This document shows, piece after piece, positions 14,928 to 23,365 of a stretch of DNA of 64,000 nt. Source of the stretch: Acidobacteriota bacterium. Lineage in GTDB: Bacteria; Acidobacteriota; Vicinamibacteria; Vicinamibacterales; UBA2999. Position 1 is the first letter of the stretch. Each line of letters opens with the position of its first letter. Below the pieces are notes generated by a model. The model ran no database searches. It worked only from the letters and a program-made list of their open reading frames with translations, and was not told where the DNA came from. The stretch is taken from assembly GCA_031376505.1 (NCBI GenBank), contig JANMDX010000017.1, forward strand, positions 49,172 through 113,171, given 5' to 3'. A program made the translations under genes and the position numbers.

Positions 14928-16167
14928 TCCAGGGCGGCAGCAGCGCCGGGTCGTGGTCACGGGGCTCGGCGCCGTTACACCCGCCGGCTGGGGGGTCAAG
15001 GCCTTCGCTCAGGCCATCCTGTCGGGCCGTACCACCATCGGCGGTTTCACGCGCTTCGATCACGTGGCACAGCGCACGCACATCGCCGGCGAGGTGCCCC
15101 CTGAGCCGCCGACGTTGCGACGCGTGCGCGGCTGGCACCGGCTCTCGAATACCGATCGCTTCGCCGTGGGCTCGGCGCTCGAAGCCAGCCAGCAGGCCGG
15201 GCTGGCGTGGCCGCTGGCCGATGCCGATGCCGCCGTCTTCTTTGCCAGCAGCACCGGCGGCCTGCTCGAGACCGAACGGTTCGTGCACGCCCTGTTCGAC
15301 CCCGGCGTCGCCACGGCCACTCGGGGATTGCTGGCGTCGTACTCGCTCAGCTCACCGGCCGAGGCGATCGCCCGTCGCCTGGGCGTGACGGCCGCGGTCG
15401 AGACGGTGTCGTCGGCGTGCGCCGCGAGCGCCCTGGCCATTGAACAGGCCTTGCGAGCCATCCGGCGCGGCGAGGTCGAGGTCGCGTTCACGGGCGGTTC
15501 CGATTGCCTCTGCGTCACCACCTACGCCGGCTTCAATGCGCTCCGCGCGGTCGATGAGCATCCGTGCCGGCCGTTCCGAGCCGACCGGGCCGGACTGTCC
15601 CTCGGCGAAGGCGCCGCCGTGCTCGTGCTGGAGTCCCTGGATCACGCGGTGGCGCGCGGCGCTGCGCCTTTGGCCGAACTCATGGGCGCCGGCGCGTCCT
15701 GCGATGCCAGCCACATGACCGCCCCCAATCCCGACGGCTATTGGGCGGCCGAGGCCATGCGGCGCGCGCTCGCCGACGCCGGCCTTGACAGCTCGGCCAT
15801 CGACTTCCTGAACGCGCACGGCACCGCCACGCCGCTGAACGACGCGGCAGAGGCCGCCGCCATCGGCCTGGTCTTCGGCGATCGCGCGCACGCGGTACCG
15901 GTCGAAGCCACCAAGGGGGTGGTTGGCCATCTGCTCGGCGCCGCTGGTGCCGTCGAGGCCGTGGCCACCATCGTAAGCCTTCGGGCGGGCACGCTGCACC
16001 CCACCCCGGAGAGCGGGCCGGTCGATGACGCGCTCGGAGTCGACCTCGTCCTCGGCCGTCCGCGGACGTCGAGTACCCTGCGCACGGCCATGTCCGCCAA
16101 CCTGGGTTTCGGCGGCGCCAACGCCGCGCTCGTCCTGCGCCGGTGGAGCGAGGAGAGCGAGTCGTGA
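14917..16167 (+). CDS. Beta-ketoacyl-ACP synthase (KS-alpha-like, catalytic)
   Basis: 416 aa. Active-site Cys in VSSACAASALAI, and the His-His pair in NAHGTATPLND and VGHLLGAAG. The ATG overlaps the ACP 3' end by 11 nt. Confidence 0.9.
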   Translation: MLSSPGRQQRRVVVTGLGAVTPAGWGVKAFAQAILSGRTTIGGFTRFDHVAQRTHIAGEVPPEPPTLRRVRGWHRLSNTDRFAVGSALEASQQAGLAWPLADADAAVFFASSTGGLLETERFVHALFDPGVATATRGLLASYSLSSPAEAIARRLGVTAAVETVSSACAASALAIEQALRAIRRGEVEVAFTGGSDCLCVTTYAGFNALRAVDEHPCRPFRADRAGLSLGEGAAVLVLESLDHAVARGAAPLAELMGAGASCDASHMTAPNPDGYWAAEAMRRALADAGLDSSAIDFLNAHGTATPLNDAAEAAAIGLVFGDRAHAVPVEATKGVVGHLLGAAGAVEAVATIVSLRAGTLHPTPESGPVDDALGVDLVLGRPRTSSTLRTAMSANLGFGGANAALVLRRWSEESES

Positions 16168-17390
16168 GCGACCGGCTCGAGCGGGTCGTCGTCACCGGGG
16201 TCGGTGTGGTGGTCGGCGCGTGCTGCGGCATCGACGCGCTGGCCACGGCCCTGCACGCGTCGTCGTCGCTGGCGGCCGGCGTGGAGTCGCGATCGCCGTA
16301 CCATGGTGAGGGGTCGGCCACGCAGGGGGTGTTGTCGATCGGCGTGGACCTGTCGCCCTGGGTGCCGGCCGCGACCGGCCGCCGCATGGGCCGCCCCTCT
16401 CGCTTCGCGGCCGCCGCGGCCCGCATGGCCGTGCTCGATGCCGGCGGCGCGGCCGTCGATGACCCCACGTCTACCGTCGTGATGGCGACCGCCTACGGCG
16501 CCATCGAAGCCACCGAGCACCTGCTGCGCGTCGAGCGTCGCGAAGGTCCAGCCATGGTGTCGCCGTTCGGCTTCACCGAAAGCGTGGCGAATGCGGCGGC
16601 CGCGCACATCGCCATTGCCACCGGGGCGCACGGTCCGAACCTCACCATCGTCCAGCGCGAAGCCGGCGCGCTCACGGCCGTGGGCCGCGGCGCGCTGGAA
16701 GTGGCGTCGCGCAGGTCGCGCTGCGCCCTGGTCGGGTGCGCCGAAGAAATGCCCCCGATCCTGCACGCGTTTCTCGACCGCTTCAACGCGCTGGCGCGAG
16801 GCACAGCCACGATGACCGAAGCCGCCCGGCCCTTCGACCGGCGCCGGAACGGGTTCATCGCGGCCGAAGGCGCCGTGGTGCTGGTGCTGGAATCAGAACG
16901 CGAGGCGCGGGCCCGAGGCGCGCGGATCCGTGCCGTCATCCGCGGGTTTGCCAGCGCCTTCGATCCCACGGCCGGCCGCCTCGGCTGGGGCCGAGGCCAT
17001 GTTGCACTCGGCGGCGCGCTCACGCGACTGCTCGAGCGCACCTCAACCGATCGCAGTCGAGTCAGTCGCGTCGTGTCCGGCGCCTCGGGGTCGATCGCCG
17101 GAGATCGACTGGAAGCCCACGTGCTGCACGAGGTCTGGCGGGGATCGACGTTGCCGCCCATACTGGCGCCCAAGGGCCACACGGGGGAATACGGCGGCGG
17201 ATTCCTCGCGGCCGCTGTGCTCGGCGCCACGCAACCGAACGCCGGTCCGACCGTCGGCTTCGACGAAGTCGACCCGGACCTCGACGTGACCCCGCACGGC
17301 GGCGGCGAGCTGCCGGCGTCCGATGTGACCCTGGTGACCAGCCTCGCCGCCGGAGGCGCGGCGTCGTGGTTGCTGCTCGAGGCCGTCTGA
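16164..17390 (+). CDS. KS-like partner lacking the catalytic Cys (chain-length-factor / ApeC-like)
   Basis: Thiolase-fold KS pattern (VVVTGVGVV, VSPFGFTESVANAAAAHIAI). The position aligned to the KS active site reads IVQREAG, with no Cys. The His motif positions read SGASGSIA and KGHTGEYG. GTG 16164 gives a GTGA overlap with the KS stop; the ORF track starts at 16143. Confidence 0.8.
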   Translation: MSDRLERVVVTGVGVVVGACCGIDALATALHASSSLAAGVESRSPYHGEGSATQGVLSIGVDLSPWVPAATGRRMGRPSRFAAAAARMAVLDAGGAAVDDPTSTVVMATAYGAIEATEHLLRVERREGPAMVSPFGFTESVANAAAAHIAIATGAHGPNLTIVQREAGALTAVGRGALEVASRRSRCALVGCAEEMPPILHAFLDRFNALARGTATMTEAARPFDRRRNGFIAAEGAVVLVLESEREARARGARIRAVIRGFASAFDPTAGRLGWGRGHVALGGALTRLLERTSTDRSRVSRVVSGASGSIAGDRLEAHVLHEVWRGSTLPPILAPKGHTGEYGGGFLAAAVLGATQPNAGPTVGFDEVDPDLDVTPHGGGELPASDVTLVTSLAAGGAASWLLLEAV

Positions 17391-18061
17391 TGCGCATCGC
17401 CGTGGCCATTCCCGCCTACGACGCGGTCCACACGGTCGGAGCCGTGGTGGCGCGCACCCTGGCCCTGGTGCAGGATGTACTCGTCATCGACGACGGCTCG
17501 AGCGACGGCACCGCCGAGGCCGCGCGGGCGGCCGGCGCGCAGGTGCATCGCCTGAGCGAGAATCACGGCAAGGGCAATGCCCTCAGGGAAGCGTTCGCGA
17601 TCCTGTTCGCGCGTGGCTTTGCGGCCGTCGTCACGGTCGACGCCGATGGTCAGCATGTGCCGGAAGAGATTCCCCGTCTGCTCGCCGCCGCGCACGACGC
17701 CGATCTGGTGCTGGGCACCCGCGATCATCTGTTCGCCGAGATGAGCCCGGTGCGCCGCACCGCCAACCGTCTTTCGTCACAGGCCATCTCGATTGCGGCC
17801 GGGCGCTACATCTCGGACGTGCAAACCGGCTTCCGGCTCTACACGAAGGGGCTGGTTGATCGCACCGGCTTTCCGGAGTCGCGCTTCGAAGCCGAAAGTG
17901 CGGTGGTCGTGCGGGCCGTGCGGCTCGGCCTGCGGGTGAGGACCACCCCGGTGCGTCTTGCCGTGGCGGATGGACGGGCGTCGAGCCACTTTCGTCCCCT
18001 GGTAGACAGCCTGCGGATTGCCGCCGCGGTGGTGCGGGCCCGCACCGAGAGACGGCGATGA
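17390..18061 (+). CDS. Glycosyltransferase family 2
   Basis: Internal ATG at 17390 overlaps the upstream TGA. N terminus MRIAVAIPAYDAVHTVGAVV...VLVIDDGSSDGT...ENHGKGNAL and the VDADGQH DxD-type motif are present. Confidence 0.85.
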   Translation: MRIAVAIPAYDAVHTVGAVVARTLALVQDVLVIDDGSSDGTAEAARAAGAQVHRLSENHGKGNALREAFAILFARGFAAVVTVDADGQHVPEEIPRLLAAAHDADLVLGTRDHLFAEMSPVRRTANRLSSQAISIAAGRYISDVQTGFRLYTKGLVDRTGFPESRFEAESAVVVRAVRLGLRVRTTPVRLAVADGRASSHFRPLVDSLRIAAAVVRARTERRR

Positions 18062-18786
18062 CCGCGGCCGTCACCCTCGTGACCGGCGGCTCGCGCGGCA
18101 TCGGCAGCGCGATCGTCCGGCTGCTCGTGTCCGAAGGCCGCCGGGTGGTGTTCACCTACCGCGCGGACGTGGCCGCGGCCCGGCTCGTAGAAGAGGAAGG
18201 CGGCGGGCGGGCCCACGGGCTGGCCCTGGATCTCGTCGATCGCAACGCCCCAGACGCCGTGGTCCGGCACGTCGAGGCCACAATGGGCCCGATCGACGGC
18301 CTGGTCTGCAACGCCGGCATGACCTTCAACGCGCTGGCGGCGATGACCGCCGATCGCGACTGGGACCAGACGATCGACGTGAACCTGGGCGGCGCCTTCC
18401 GGACCTGCCGTGCCGTACTGGCGCCCATGGTGCATCGCCGGCACGGCGCCATCGTGCTGATGTCGTCGCTGGCGGCCGTGGCTGGCACCCCGGGGCAAGC
18501 GGCCTACGCGGCCTCCAAGTCGGCGCTGATCGGCCTGTCCCGCACGCTGGCGCGCGAGGTGGGACGACGGAACATCCGGATTAATGCCGTACTGCCGGGC
18601 TTCGTGGCCACGGACATGACCGCGGGCCTGGCCCCGCAGGACGTGCAGCGGCTGCGCGGCCACGAGTGCCTGCCGGCCGGCACCTCGCCCCTCGATGTCG
18701 CCCACGCGGTGTCGTTTCTGCTCTCTGAACGGTCAGCCGCCATCACCGGGCAGTGCCTGGTGGTCGACGCGGGAAGCTCGGCCTGA
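18058..18786 (+). CDS. 3-oxoacyl-ACP reductase (SDR, FabG-like)
   Basis: TGGSRGIGSAI cofactor motif, NAG, and catalytic YAASKSAL (YxxxK). ATGA overlap with the GT2 stop. Confidence 0.9.
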   Translation: MTAAVTLVTGGSRGIGSAIVRLLVSEGRRVVFTYRADVAAARLVEEEGGGRAHGLALDLVDRNAPDAVVRHVEATMGPIDGLVCNAGMTFNALAAMTADRDWDQTIDVNLGGAFRTCRAVLAPMVHRRHGAIVLMSSLAAVAGTPGQAAYAASKSALIGLSRTLAREVGRRNIRINAVLPGFVATDMTAGLAPQDVQRLRGHECLPAGTSPLDVAHAVSFLLSERSAAITGQCLVVDAGSSA

Positions 18787-18787
18787 A

Positions 18788-19735
18788 ATGGCCACGTCCA
18801 GTCGCCTCGCCGCGCCCCACGCCCCCGTGGTCGGCCTGTCGCAACGCCTCTTGGGGCGCTTTCACGTCACCGGCGTGTTCTGGTACCAGTTCCCCCACTG
18901 GTGCGTATCGCACCTGCCGCTGTGGACGCATCGCGGCGGGATTCTGGTGTTCAGTGCATTCTTCTTCGTGGTGCTCGGCCGGATCCGTCGCGCCATCGCC
19001 GCCAATCTGGATCCGGTGCTCGGTCCCACCACCGGGTTGGCGCGGCTGCGGCGCGCGTTCACCACGATGAAGGAATTCGCGCGCTGCCTATCGGAGCGCT
19101 ACGCGAGGCTCGCCGGCACGCCGCGCGGCCCCTCGCGGGTCGAGGGCCTGGACCACTGGCTGCGCGTCCGCGACGCCCATCGCGGTGCGGTGCTGGTAAC
19201 GGCGCACATCGGTCCCTGGGAGAGCGCGACCCTCGAGGGGGTCTCGGGCGTGAGCCGTCGCATCCACGTGGTGCGCGAGGCCGAGATCGATCCGCGGGCA
19301 CAGGCGTTCGTGCGCCGCCTCCTGAGCAAGGCCGGCGACAACTACGTGGCGCACTTCGCCGGCGAAGATCCCAGGCTCGTGCTCGAGCTCGTCGAGGCGC
19401 TGCGCGCCGGAGAGATCGTGGCCCTGCAGGGCGATCGGCCACGCGCCAGCGGGCGCAACGTGACCGTGCCGATGTTCGGCCGGCCGATGCCGCTGCCGGT
19501 GGGACCGGCCATCCTGGCGCGGGCCGCCGACGTGCCGCTCGTGCCGATCTTCAGTTTCCTCGACGACGACTTTGGCCTCCGCGCAGTGGTGCGGCCGCCG
19601 ATCGCCGTGAGCCGGACCGACGACCGCGACCGCGATGTGCTGGCGGCGGTCACCCAGATCGGCGCGGAGATCGAATGGGCGATCCGGCAGCAACCGCACC
19701 AGTGGTTCTGCTTCCGCCGCCTCTGGGACGCGTAA
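18788..19735 (+). CDS. LpxL/HtrB-family lysophospholipid (lauroyl-type) acyltransferase
   Basis: Start trimmed to the ATG at 18788. An N-terminal TM segment is present. The acyltransferase HX4(D/E)-type block is VTAHIGPWES, and overall length and pattern match the lipid A biosynthesis acyltransferase family. Confidence 0.7.
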   Translation: MATSSRLAAPHAPVVGLSQRLLGRFHVTGVFWYQFPHWCVSHLPLWTHRGGILVFSAFFFVVLGRIRRAIAANLDPVLGPTTGLARLRRAFTTMKEFARCLSERYARLAGTPRGPSRVEGLDHWLRVRDAHRGAVLVTAHIGPWESATLEGVSGVSRRIHVVREAEIDPRAQAFVRRLLSKAGDNYVAHFAGEDPRLVLELVEALRAGEIVALQGDRPRASGRNVTVPMFGRPMPLPVGPAILARAADVPLVPIFSFLDDDFGLRAVVRPPIAVSRTDDRDRDVLAAVTQIGAEIEWAIRQQPHQWFCFRRLWDA

Positions 19736-19747
19736 GCCGATCGGCGA

Positions 19748-20497
19748 TCAGCGGGCGGCGGGTGGCGCCGCTTCCAGGCGCCGCCGCGCCGCGGGGTTGG
19801 CCAGGTCGAAGAGATCGTCGGGCACTGGCCTCGCCTGCAGGCTCACGATCTCGACGTCGGCGACGGCGCCCTTGCGGAGCTCGTCACGCACGGTGAAGCG
19901 GCGCGCGTGCAGCACCGGCAGCAGGGCCCACTCGGCGTACTCGATCACGCTCGCGGCCTTGCCGCTGCTGAGGCGGTACTCGGTGCTTACCGGCCGGGCG
20001 TCACGGTTGCGCACCACGTGGCGGAGCGACGGGAAGATCGCGGCGCCCGTTGCCCGCAGCTCGAACGCCGTCAGCGGCTGGCCGTCGTCGGTCTGTCCTT
20101 CCTCGACGGCCTCGAGGCGATAGTCGCGCTGCAGCCGCACGCCGAGGATTTCATCGAGATTGACGCCGCTATAGACCCGGTAGGCCAGATTCAACTTCAC
20201 GGGCTGCCTGGCATCCGGCGTCAACAGCCACATGTCCGGTCCGCGCCGCAGCAGATACCGGCCGCGCTCGCTGGCATCGAGGAACCGGACCAGCAGCCGG
20301 TCGGTGCCGGTGCGCCACACCTCGATCTCGTGCGGTTTGCGGTCGCGCCGGTTGGTCAGCACCAGGCGCGCCACGAAGGCCTCGGGCGCGCGCGCCCCGA
20401 CGTCGCTGTCGCGGAGCCGCTGGTCATGTAGCGCGGTGGAACTCGCCACACGCCACTGGAGCGCGGCCGCCAGCGCCAGGAACAGCCACTTCAACAT
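19748..20497 (-). CDS. LolA-like outer-membrane lipoprotein-sorting / lipid-carrier protein
   Basis: 249 aa with a signal peptide (MLKWLFLALAAALQ). Pattern LLVRFLDASERGRYLLRRGPDMWLLTPDARQPVKL...SGVNLDEILGV...DY is typical of the LolA-like family. Confidence 0.7.
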   Translation of the reverse strand: MLKWLFLALAAALQWRVASSTALHDQRLRDSDVGARAPEAFVARLVLTNRRDRKPHEIEVWRTGTDRLLVRFLDASERGRYLLRRGPDMWLLTPDARQPVKLNLAYRVYSGVNLDEILGVRLQRDYRLEAVEEGQTDDGQPLTAFELRATGAAIFPSLRHVVRNRDARPVSTEYRLSSGKAASVIEYAEWALLPVLHARRFTVRDELRKGAVADVEIVSLQARPVPDDLFDLANPAARRRLEAAPPAAR

Positions 20498-20536
20498 GGG
20501 GCGGGCCCGAGACGGTGCCGGTGGTCGATGGCGCGC

Positions 20537-21778
20537 TCAGACATGACCAAGGGCATCCACGATGCGCAGCCTGACCAGTCGAAGGATGGCGGGCACCGCC
20601 GCGACCGACAGAATCATCGCCATGACGACCATGGCCCACAGGAAATCGCCCGGTAGCATCATCAATGCCAGGTCGACCGGATCGACGGCTCCTGGCGGCG
20701 GCGGCATCTTGATGCCGAGCAGATCGAGGCCCGCCGACACAGCCACAGCGATCGCGCAGCCCACGGCGCCGCCGCCGAGCGCAAGCCAGTTCGCCTCGAG
20801 CATCATGAGCGCCGCCAGTTGACGCCGAGTCGTACCGATCGCGAGCAAGGTGCCGAACTCCCGGGTGCGCTCGAGCATCGACATGAGCAGGGTGTTGGCG
20901 GCCGAGAGCACGACCAGCAGCGCCACGATCGTACCGAGGAACACGAAGATTCCGAGATAGAGTCCGCGCACCTGCTGGTAGAACGGCGCGCGCACTTCCC
21001 AACCGAGCACCGTGAGCGGCTGGCCGCGTCCGCTCAGCGCGGTCTGAAGGGCGGCCTCGACGCGTCCCGCCTGCGCGTCGTCGGTCAGCCCGACGACGAG
21101 CGAGGTGACGAGGGGCGTACCCAGCACGCGCTGCGCGGTGCGCAGATGCACTTGCAGCATGCGCGCGTCCAGTTCCTGGAGGCCTGTCGAGAAGAGGCCG
21201 GTCACCCTGACGTCGACGGCGTTGAGCGAGCCGTCCACGGTCGAGACGATCACGGTCATCGTGTCGCCCGGACTCACGCCGAGCGCGCGCGCCAGGCCGA
21301 CCCCGACGATGGCAGCGTCGGCGCCCTGCGCCGGAGGGGCGTCGGGCAGGCCCGAGCCCGCGCGGAGCCGCGTCTCGATATCCATCTCGCGCATCCGCTC
21401 GGGCTCGTTGCCCGCGCCCACAAACGAGGCCGTGCGGTCGTCGTGGGTTGCCACGCCGGCAAACTGGATGACCGCGCCCGCGGCGCGCACCTGCGGCTGC
21501 GTTTCGATCGCCGCGCGCACGTCGGCCCACTGGTTCATGCCCGGTGGACGGCCGGCCCGCTCGCCGGGCAACACCGACTCGGCCAGGTCCGCCGCTGGGA
21601 TGACTTCGATGTGCCCCAGGCCTCCGTGGATAATGGCCTCGCTCAGCCCGTCGAACGAATAGCGCACAAACCCCGCCGTCACGAGCAGGCCGGCGCTGCC
21701 GGCGGCCACGACCAGTACGGCCAGCAGGGTGCGGCGGCGATTGCGAGCGAGATTGCGCAAGGCGATGAGCGGCAGCAT
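20537..21778 (-). CDS. ABC transporter permease, FtsX/MacB/LolCE type
   Basis: Start trimmed to MLPLIALRNLARNRRRTLL, giving an ATGA overlap with the ATPase stop. It has a large periplasmic loop and a C-terminal FtsX-like block LERTREFGTLLAIGTTRRQL. Confidence 0.85.
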   Translation of the reverse strand: MLPLIALRNLARNRRRTLLAVLVVAAGSAGLLVTAGFVRYSFDGLSEAIIHGGLGHIEVIPAADLAESVLPGERAGRPPGMNQWADVRAAIETQPQVRAAGAVIQFAGVATHDDRTASFVGAGNEPERMREMDIETRLRAGSGLPDAPPAQGADAAIVGVGLARALGVSPGDTMTVIVSTVDGSLNAVDVRVTGLFSTGLQELDARMLQVHLRTAQRVLGTPLVTSLVVGLTDDAQAGRVEAALQTALSGRGQPLTVLGWEVRAPFYQQVRGLYLGIFVFLGTIVALLVVLSAANTLLMSMLERTREFGTLLAIGTTRRQLAALMMLEANWLALGGGAVGCAIAVAVSAGLDLLGIKMPPPPGAVDPVDLALMMLPGDFLWAMVVMAMILSVAAVPAILRLVRLRIVDALGHV

Positions 21779-22485
21779 CACGGCGCCTCGGCCCGGCGGT
21801 CGGACACGATCCGGCCGTCGGCCAGAGTGACCACTCTCGGCGCCCGCGCCATCACGGCGTGGTCGTGCGTCGCCAGCACGAACGTCGTGCCCAGGCCGCG
21901 GTTCAGATCGAAGAGGAGCTGCACGATCTGCAGACCGGTGACCGAGTCGAGACTCGCCGTGGGCTCGTCGGCCAGGATGACGACGGGGTCGTTGACCAGG
22001 GCCCGGGCGATGGCGACCCGCTGCCGTTCGCCGCCCGACAGATGATCGGGCCGGTGTGCCGAGCGATGGCTCAGGCCGACCGCCGCGAGCGCGCGATCCA
22101 CGCGCGCCCGCCGGGTGGTGCGTGGGGCGCCGCTCAACCACAAGCCGTACTCGACATTCTCGTAGGCGGTCAATACCGGCACCAGGTTGAACGCCTGGAA
22201 CACGACGCCAAGTTTGAGCCTGCGGATGGCACTGCGCTCGTCCTCGGAGAGCGCGGCCAGGTCCGTGCCGGCAAACACGACCTGTCCGTGATCCGGCTGG
22301 TCGAGGCCGGCCATGAGATGCAGCAAGGTCGACTTGCCGCTGCCCGACGGACCCGCGAGCACGACAAACTCACCAGCGGCCACAGCGAGGTTGACGCCGA
22401 CCAGCGCCGGCACGTGGACCCGCCCCTGGGCGTACGTCCGCGACACCTCGTGAACGGCGAAGACAGGGGTCGCCTGATCGGACAT
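21778..22485 (-). CDS. ABC transporter ATP-binding protein (LolD/MacB type)
   Basis: Walker A GPSGSGKST, signature LSGGERQRVAIARAL, Walker B ILADEPT. Start trimmed to MSDQATPVF, giving an ATGA overlap with the upstream stop. Confidence 0.9.
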   Translation of the reverse strand: MSDQATPVFAVHEVSRTYAQGRVHVPALVGVNLAVAAGEFVVLAGPSGSGKSTLLHLMAGLDQPDHGQVVFAGTDLAALSEDERSAIRRLKLGVVFQAFNLVPVLTAYENVEYGLWLSGAPRTTRRARVDRALAAVGLSHRSAHRPDHLSGGERQRVAIARALVNDPVVILADEPTASLDSVTGLQIVQLLFDLNRGLGTTFVLATHDHAVMARAPRVVTLADGRIVSDRRAEAP

Positions 22486-22925
22486 CACGACGCGACCGGC
22501 GGCCCGGCGGCGTAGGTGCTCAGCGTGGCGGTGACGCGCTCCACGCCGTCGAGGCACACCCGGATCCGGTAGACCGCCAGGGGCGAGGCCATCGCCATCA
22601 CGTGCGCCGTCACGTCGAGCGGCGTGTTCACCGGCAATGTGTCAGATACGAACCGCGCGGCGCGGACTCGCACCAGCCGGCCGCGCGCCGGGCCGGACGG
22701 GTCTTCAGCGCGCCGTGTCATCGTCTCCATCGCGGCCGCGGCCTGAGCGCCGAGTTCGATCGCCAGGAAGGCCGGCGCCTGGCCATGGCGGACAAGCGGG
22801 TGGGCGGCCAGGATCTCGCCGACGGCCGTCACCGAAGTCTCGTCGCAGCGCACCACCGCCGTCAGGAGTCGCGCCGTGCCGGTGTGAGGCAGGAGCTCCC
22901 GCAGCGGCACGGGCACGCGGCTCAC
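22485..22925 (-). CDS. Hot-dog fold dehydratase (ApeI-like 3-hydroxyacyl-ACP dehydratase)
   Basis: GTG 22925 gives a GTGA overlap with the upstream stop. LLPHTGTARLL...FLAIELGAQAAAAME matches the pattern of the second dehydratase found in aryl-polyene clusters. Confidence 0.55.
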   Translation of the reverse strand: MSRVPVPLRELLPHTGTARLLTAVVRCDETSVTAVGEILAAHPLVRHGQAPAFLAIELGAQAAAAMETMTRRAEDPSGPARGRLVRVRAARFVSDTLPVNTPLDVTAHVMAMASPLAVYRIRVCLDGVERVTATLSTYAAGPPVAS

Positions 22926-23344
22926 CGGTCCGTCCACGGGCCCGCAAACACCAGGACGCCGCGACTGGCGGCGTCGCCCTGGCACAGGATCTCGAACCGC
23001 CGTGACGAGGACTCGCCCCCTGTGGTGATCGCCACATGGCACTCGTCACCGGGCAGCAGCGGTCGCATGAACCGCAGGTCTTCCACACCGACGAGCGCCG
23101 GCAGACCGGGATTCAGCAAAGTGCATGCCTCCATGGCGACGGCGATATGAGCGACGCCCGGTAGCACTGGGTCGTCTTCGAAGTGGCCGGAGAAACAGGG
23201 ATCGCTGGTCGCCACCGTGAAGTGCCACGACTCTGACGGCACGCCGGCGATGAAAGTCGACTTGCGGTCACTGGGTTGCAGAAATCGCATGGCCGCAGGG
23301 TCATGCGAGTCTGCCATATTCGCCCAGGTGAGTCGAGCCGGCAC
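22922..23344 (-). CDS. FabA/FabZ-like beta-hydroxyacyl-ACP dehydratase
   Basis: The FabZ active-site region is FSGHFEDDPVLPGVAHIAVAMEACTLL (His and Glu present). 140 aa. Confidence 0.7.
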   Translation of the reverse strand: MPARLTWANMADSHDPAAMRFLQPSDRKSTFIAGVPSESWHFTVATSDPCFSGHFEDDPVLPGVAHIAVAMEACTLLNPGLPALVGVEDLRFMRPLLPGDECHVAITTGGESSSRRFEILCQGDAASRGVLVFAGPWTDR

Positions 23345-23365
23345 GCCGCCGCGACACGTGCCGGG

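Noticed and set aside
20424-21530. 368-aa alternative minus-frame ORF inside the ABC permease gene, and the 121-aa N-terminal extension of the 20537..22141 ORF
   Set aside because: The extension and the alternative frame are Arg/Pro/Gly-rich. The internal ATG at 21778 gives the canonical FtsX-family N terminus and an ATGA overlap with the ATPase stop.
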